64,000 bases of DNA, taken from a virus. Position 1 is the first letter of the stretch; every line of letters begins with the position of its first letter. The notes beneath the pieces were generated by a model. It was not told the origin of the DNA, did not search any database, and saw nothing but the letters and a program-made list of their open reading frames with translations. A program made the position numbers and the translations under genes. The stretch is taken from IMG/VR virus record IMGVR_UViG_3300010885_010784, positions 6,081-70,080 of that record, one strand, 5' to 3'. Of this stretch, positions 62,168 to 64,000 are shown in pieces.

Positions 62168-63306
62168 TATAGTATTGCTGGCTTGAAGTTACTGCCCTTG
62201 TAGTTGCTAAGAATCTTATCAACGAGCATGTTGCCAGTTCCCTCCAAGAATTGTGGTGCAAACTTAATGTCAAATTGGTCAGTGCTGTACTGGGTTACAA
62301 AGCGTGTATAGTAGTCATTGCTTCCGCACTTCAACTCTTCTACCAAGATTGTTGCTGCCCTCTCAATGTCTGGTGGAACTGTCTTGTGTCCAGCATCTAG
62401 AATAAATGTGTAATCGTATCCTTCTGGGAATGCTACTAAAGCACCACCAGGGTATCCTCCTAGGTCACCAGAGGACGGTGGAAGCCTTAGTGGAGTAGAC
62501 TGACTTCTATTGTATGTCCCATTTGCTTCTACTCTAGCAATGGCAGAGCCATCTAGCAATGTCTTGTATTCGTATTCCCAAACTCTTGTTACGGTTCCTG
62601 GAGTTGTGATGTTTCCAGTAGTTGAGTTTGCAAAACTGAAAGTTGTTGTTGAAGGAACTGCTGTTACCGAGAATAGCCCCCGATAACCACTTGGGGCAAC
62701 TGTGGCAATTCTTACAACATCACCGACCTCAAAGCCGTGTGCTGTGCTGGTTGTCAGGGTTACTGTTCCTGAAGAAATTGTTGGGGTCTGGTTAGCGATA
62801 GTCAGTGCAACGTCTTCGCCATTATAAACAAGAACATTGTTCTCGTATACCTTTAGGACCTTGTTTACGTTGTGCCAGATTGGGAAGTAGTCGCCGCCCT
62901 GACCTTCCTTAACAATAACAAGTTTGTGATTGTAGAAATCTGCTGTGCTATTTAGATAACTATCCATAAGAGACCTAGCAATGATTTCCCATTTCTTATA
63001 TTCAGCGATTTCTGCTGTTGTAGTTGCCAAAGTGTTTGGGTCTACATATGGTCTATAGATGCTAAGGTTGTCTTCTACAACTACCTCGCCAGTTGAGTCT
63101 GTGATTTTAAGCAGAAAGTCACGGTCAAACTGAACCTTTGAACGTGGAATAACATATGAGACCTGCTTATTTGAATCAGATGTGATTGTAGAAGTTTCAA
63201 ACGAGTGGTCCACCAAATCCTCAACATAAACAGAGTATGCAGTATTTGCTGCAGGTACAGTCCATTTAGTTGTAATAGGATATGGTGGAACCCTCAAGAC
63301 TTCCAT
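62167..63306 (-). CDS. head-tail adaptor protein with inserted beta module
   Basis: VPPDIERAA, TGNMLVDKILSNY; insertion TTSTAHGFEVGDVV. Confidence 0.7.
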   Translation of the reverse strand: MEVLRVPPYPITTKWTVPAANTAYSVYVEDLVDHSFETSTITSDSNKQVSYVIPRSKVQFDRDFLLKITDSTGEVVVEDNLSIYRPYVDPNTLATTTAEIAEYKKWEIIARSLMDSYLNSTADFYNHKLVIVKEGQGGDYFPIWHNVNKVLKVYENNVLVYNGEDVALTIANQTPTISSGTVTLTTSTAHGFEVGDVVRIATVAPSGYRGLFSVTAVPSTTTFSFANSTTGNITTPGTVTRVWEYEYKTLLDGSAIARVEANGTYNRSQSTPLRLPPSSGDLGGYPGGALVAFPEGYDYTFILDAGHKTVPPDIERAATILVEELKCGSNDYYTRFVTQYSTDQFDIKFAPQFLEGTGNMLVDKILSNYKGSNFKPAIL

Positions 63307-63699
63307 TTAGGCAAATGCCTCCGCTACTTCTTCTGGGGTGCATAGACGAATGCCTCGCTGTGCTGTCCAGAAGTCTACATACTTCTTTGGAACAATGTTG
63401 TAGCCAACATTAATCTTTCCAAATCCATCTGCATATACGTTGCGTGTTGAGAATAGTGCAACCTTTGTGGTTGTTGACTCTACAACTTCTTTCTTTTCTA
63501 CCTTTGCTTTTCCAGCATCTGTAGTTGTTGAACCAATTACGCCATCCTTATTGAATCCCAATGTAGGTGCGTCCTTTACAGGTTCTGGTGTTACAATAAC
63601 CTTTTCCTCAACTGCATCTGCTACTGTTTCTACAGGTGTTTCTACAACTGCTTCTTCAACAACAGGCTTTGTGGTAGGTGTCTTTTTTACTTCAGCCAT
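63307..63699 (-). CDS. hypothetical virion-module protein
   Basis: 130 aa; RBS AGGAGG; after capsid terminator. Confidence 0.75.
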   Translation of the reverse strand: MAEVKKTPTTKPVVEEAVVETPVETVADAVEEKVIVTPEPVKDAPTLGFNKDGVIGSTTTDAGKAKVEKKEVVESTTTKVALFSTRNVYADGFGKINVGYNIVPKKYVDFWTAQRGIRLCTPEEVAEAFA

Positions 63700-63745
63700 G
63701 ATAAATCCTCCTTAGATTTATTTTAATTATACCAGATAAATGTAG

Positions 63746-63776
63746 AAAGGGGGTAGAGAAATTAATCCCTACCCCC
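63746..63776 (-). terminator. terminator after major capsid gene
   Basis: GGGGGTAG/CTACCCCC stem followed by TTTC. Confidence 0.65.
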
Positions 63777-63801
63777 AATCAAAGGGTGACACTTTTACAG
63801 A

Positions 63802-64000
63802 CTAGTCTGTAGTGGTGTCTGCGAATGCAACTGCATCCAGTTCTTCCCATGCAATTCCAAAGCGAACGAATACTGTGTATTCTACAGTGTCCTTCTTTGG
63901 TACATAGAAACGGTTCACAGTGATATCTCTCTGGAAGCCCCAAATACGGTTCTGTGGGAACGTTAGGTCAACGAATCCTGCAGGGTAGTAAGGAACTTCA
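63802..64000 (-). CDS. major capsid protein, C-terminal part (truncated by window)
   Basis: EVPYYPAGFVDLTFPQNRIWGFQRDITVNR...DTVEYTVFVRFG; HK97-fold C-terminal pattern and position. Confidence 0.8.
   Translation of the reverse strand, partial: EVPYYPAGFVDLTFPQNRIWGFQRDITVNRFYVPKKDTVEYTVFVRFGIAWEELDAVAFADTTTD

Noticed and set aside
1-64000. Stop-codon reassignment or prophage/integration features
   Set aside because: Genes are intact and densely packed in the standard bacterial code. No suppressor tRNA, integrase, repressor cassette or host flank is visible in this window.

Overview
This window is part of a large, AT-rich tailed dsDNA phage genome (siphovirus-type tail). The host is very likely an actinobacterium, judging from a WhiB gene, an FmdB-type zinc ribbon, an MSMEG_6728/DenV-like gene and many leaderless genes. 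Layout: (1) 1-7.6 kb is a + strand early region of small acidic ORFs, a DUF932 gene and tRNA-Glu. It is organised as repeated units with a conserved ATGTC-box/TATAAT promoter, a GCGC/TTACGAA boundary element and a small covarying pseudoknot RNA after stop codons. (2) 7.6-8.5 kb is a non-coding AT-rich region with iteron-like repeats and two perfect DnaA boxes. (3) 8.5-25 kb holds accessory and lysis genes: PduO, DenV-like glycosylase, HAD phosphatase, 3 glycosyltransferases, FkbM methyltransferase, GroES, Dps, WhiB, M23 endolysin, 3 canonical tRNAs, a D-arm-less tRNA-Arg-like gene and a PA14 surface protein with an ATT start. (4) 25-40 kb holds terminase and replication/recombination genes (RuvC, Cas4-like, RecA, NrdH, MazG, DnaE, SSB, primase, DnaB). 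(5) 40-64 kb holds tail, neck and the 3' end of the major capsid gene. The most striking item is the 3233-aa tape measure protein, which carries an internal string of HipA/PI3K-like kinase, unknown, HAD phosphatase and ADP-ribosyltransferase domains, each bounded by a repeated K-x-(F/Y/L/M)-A-x-G-G-like linker. All calls are by eye from motifs; no database searches were run.
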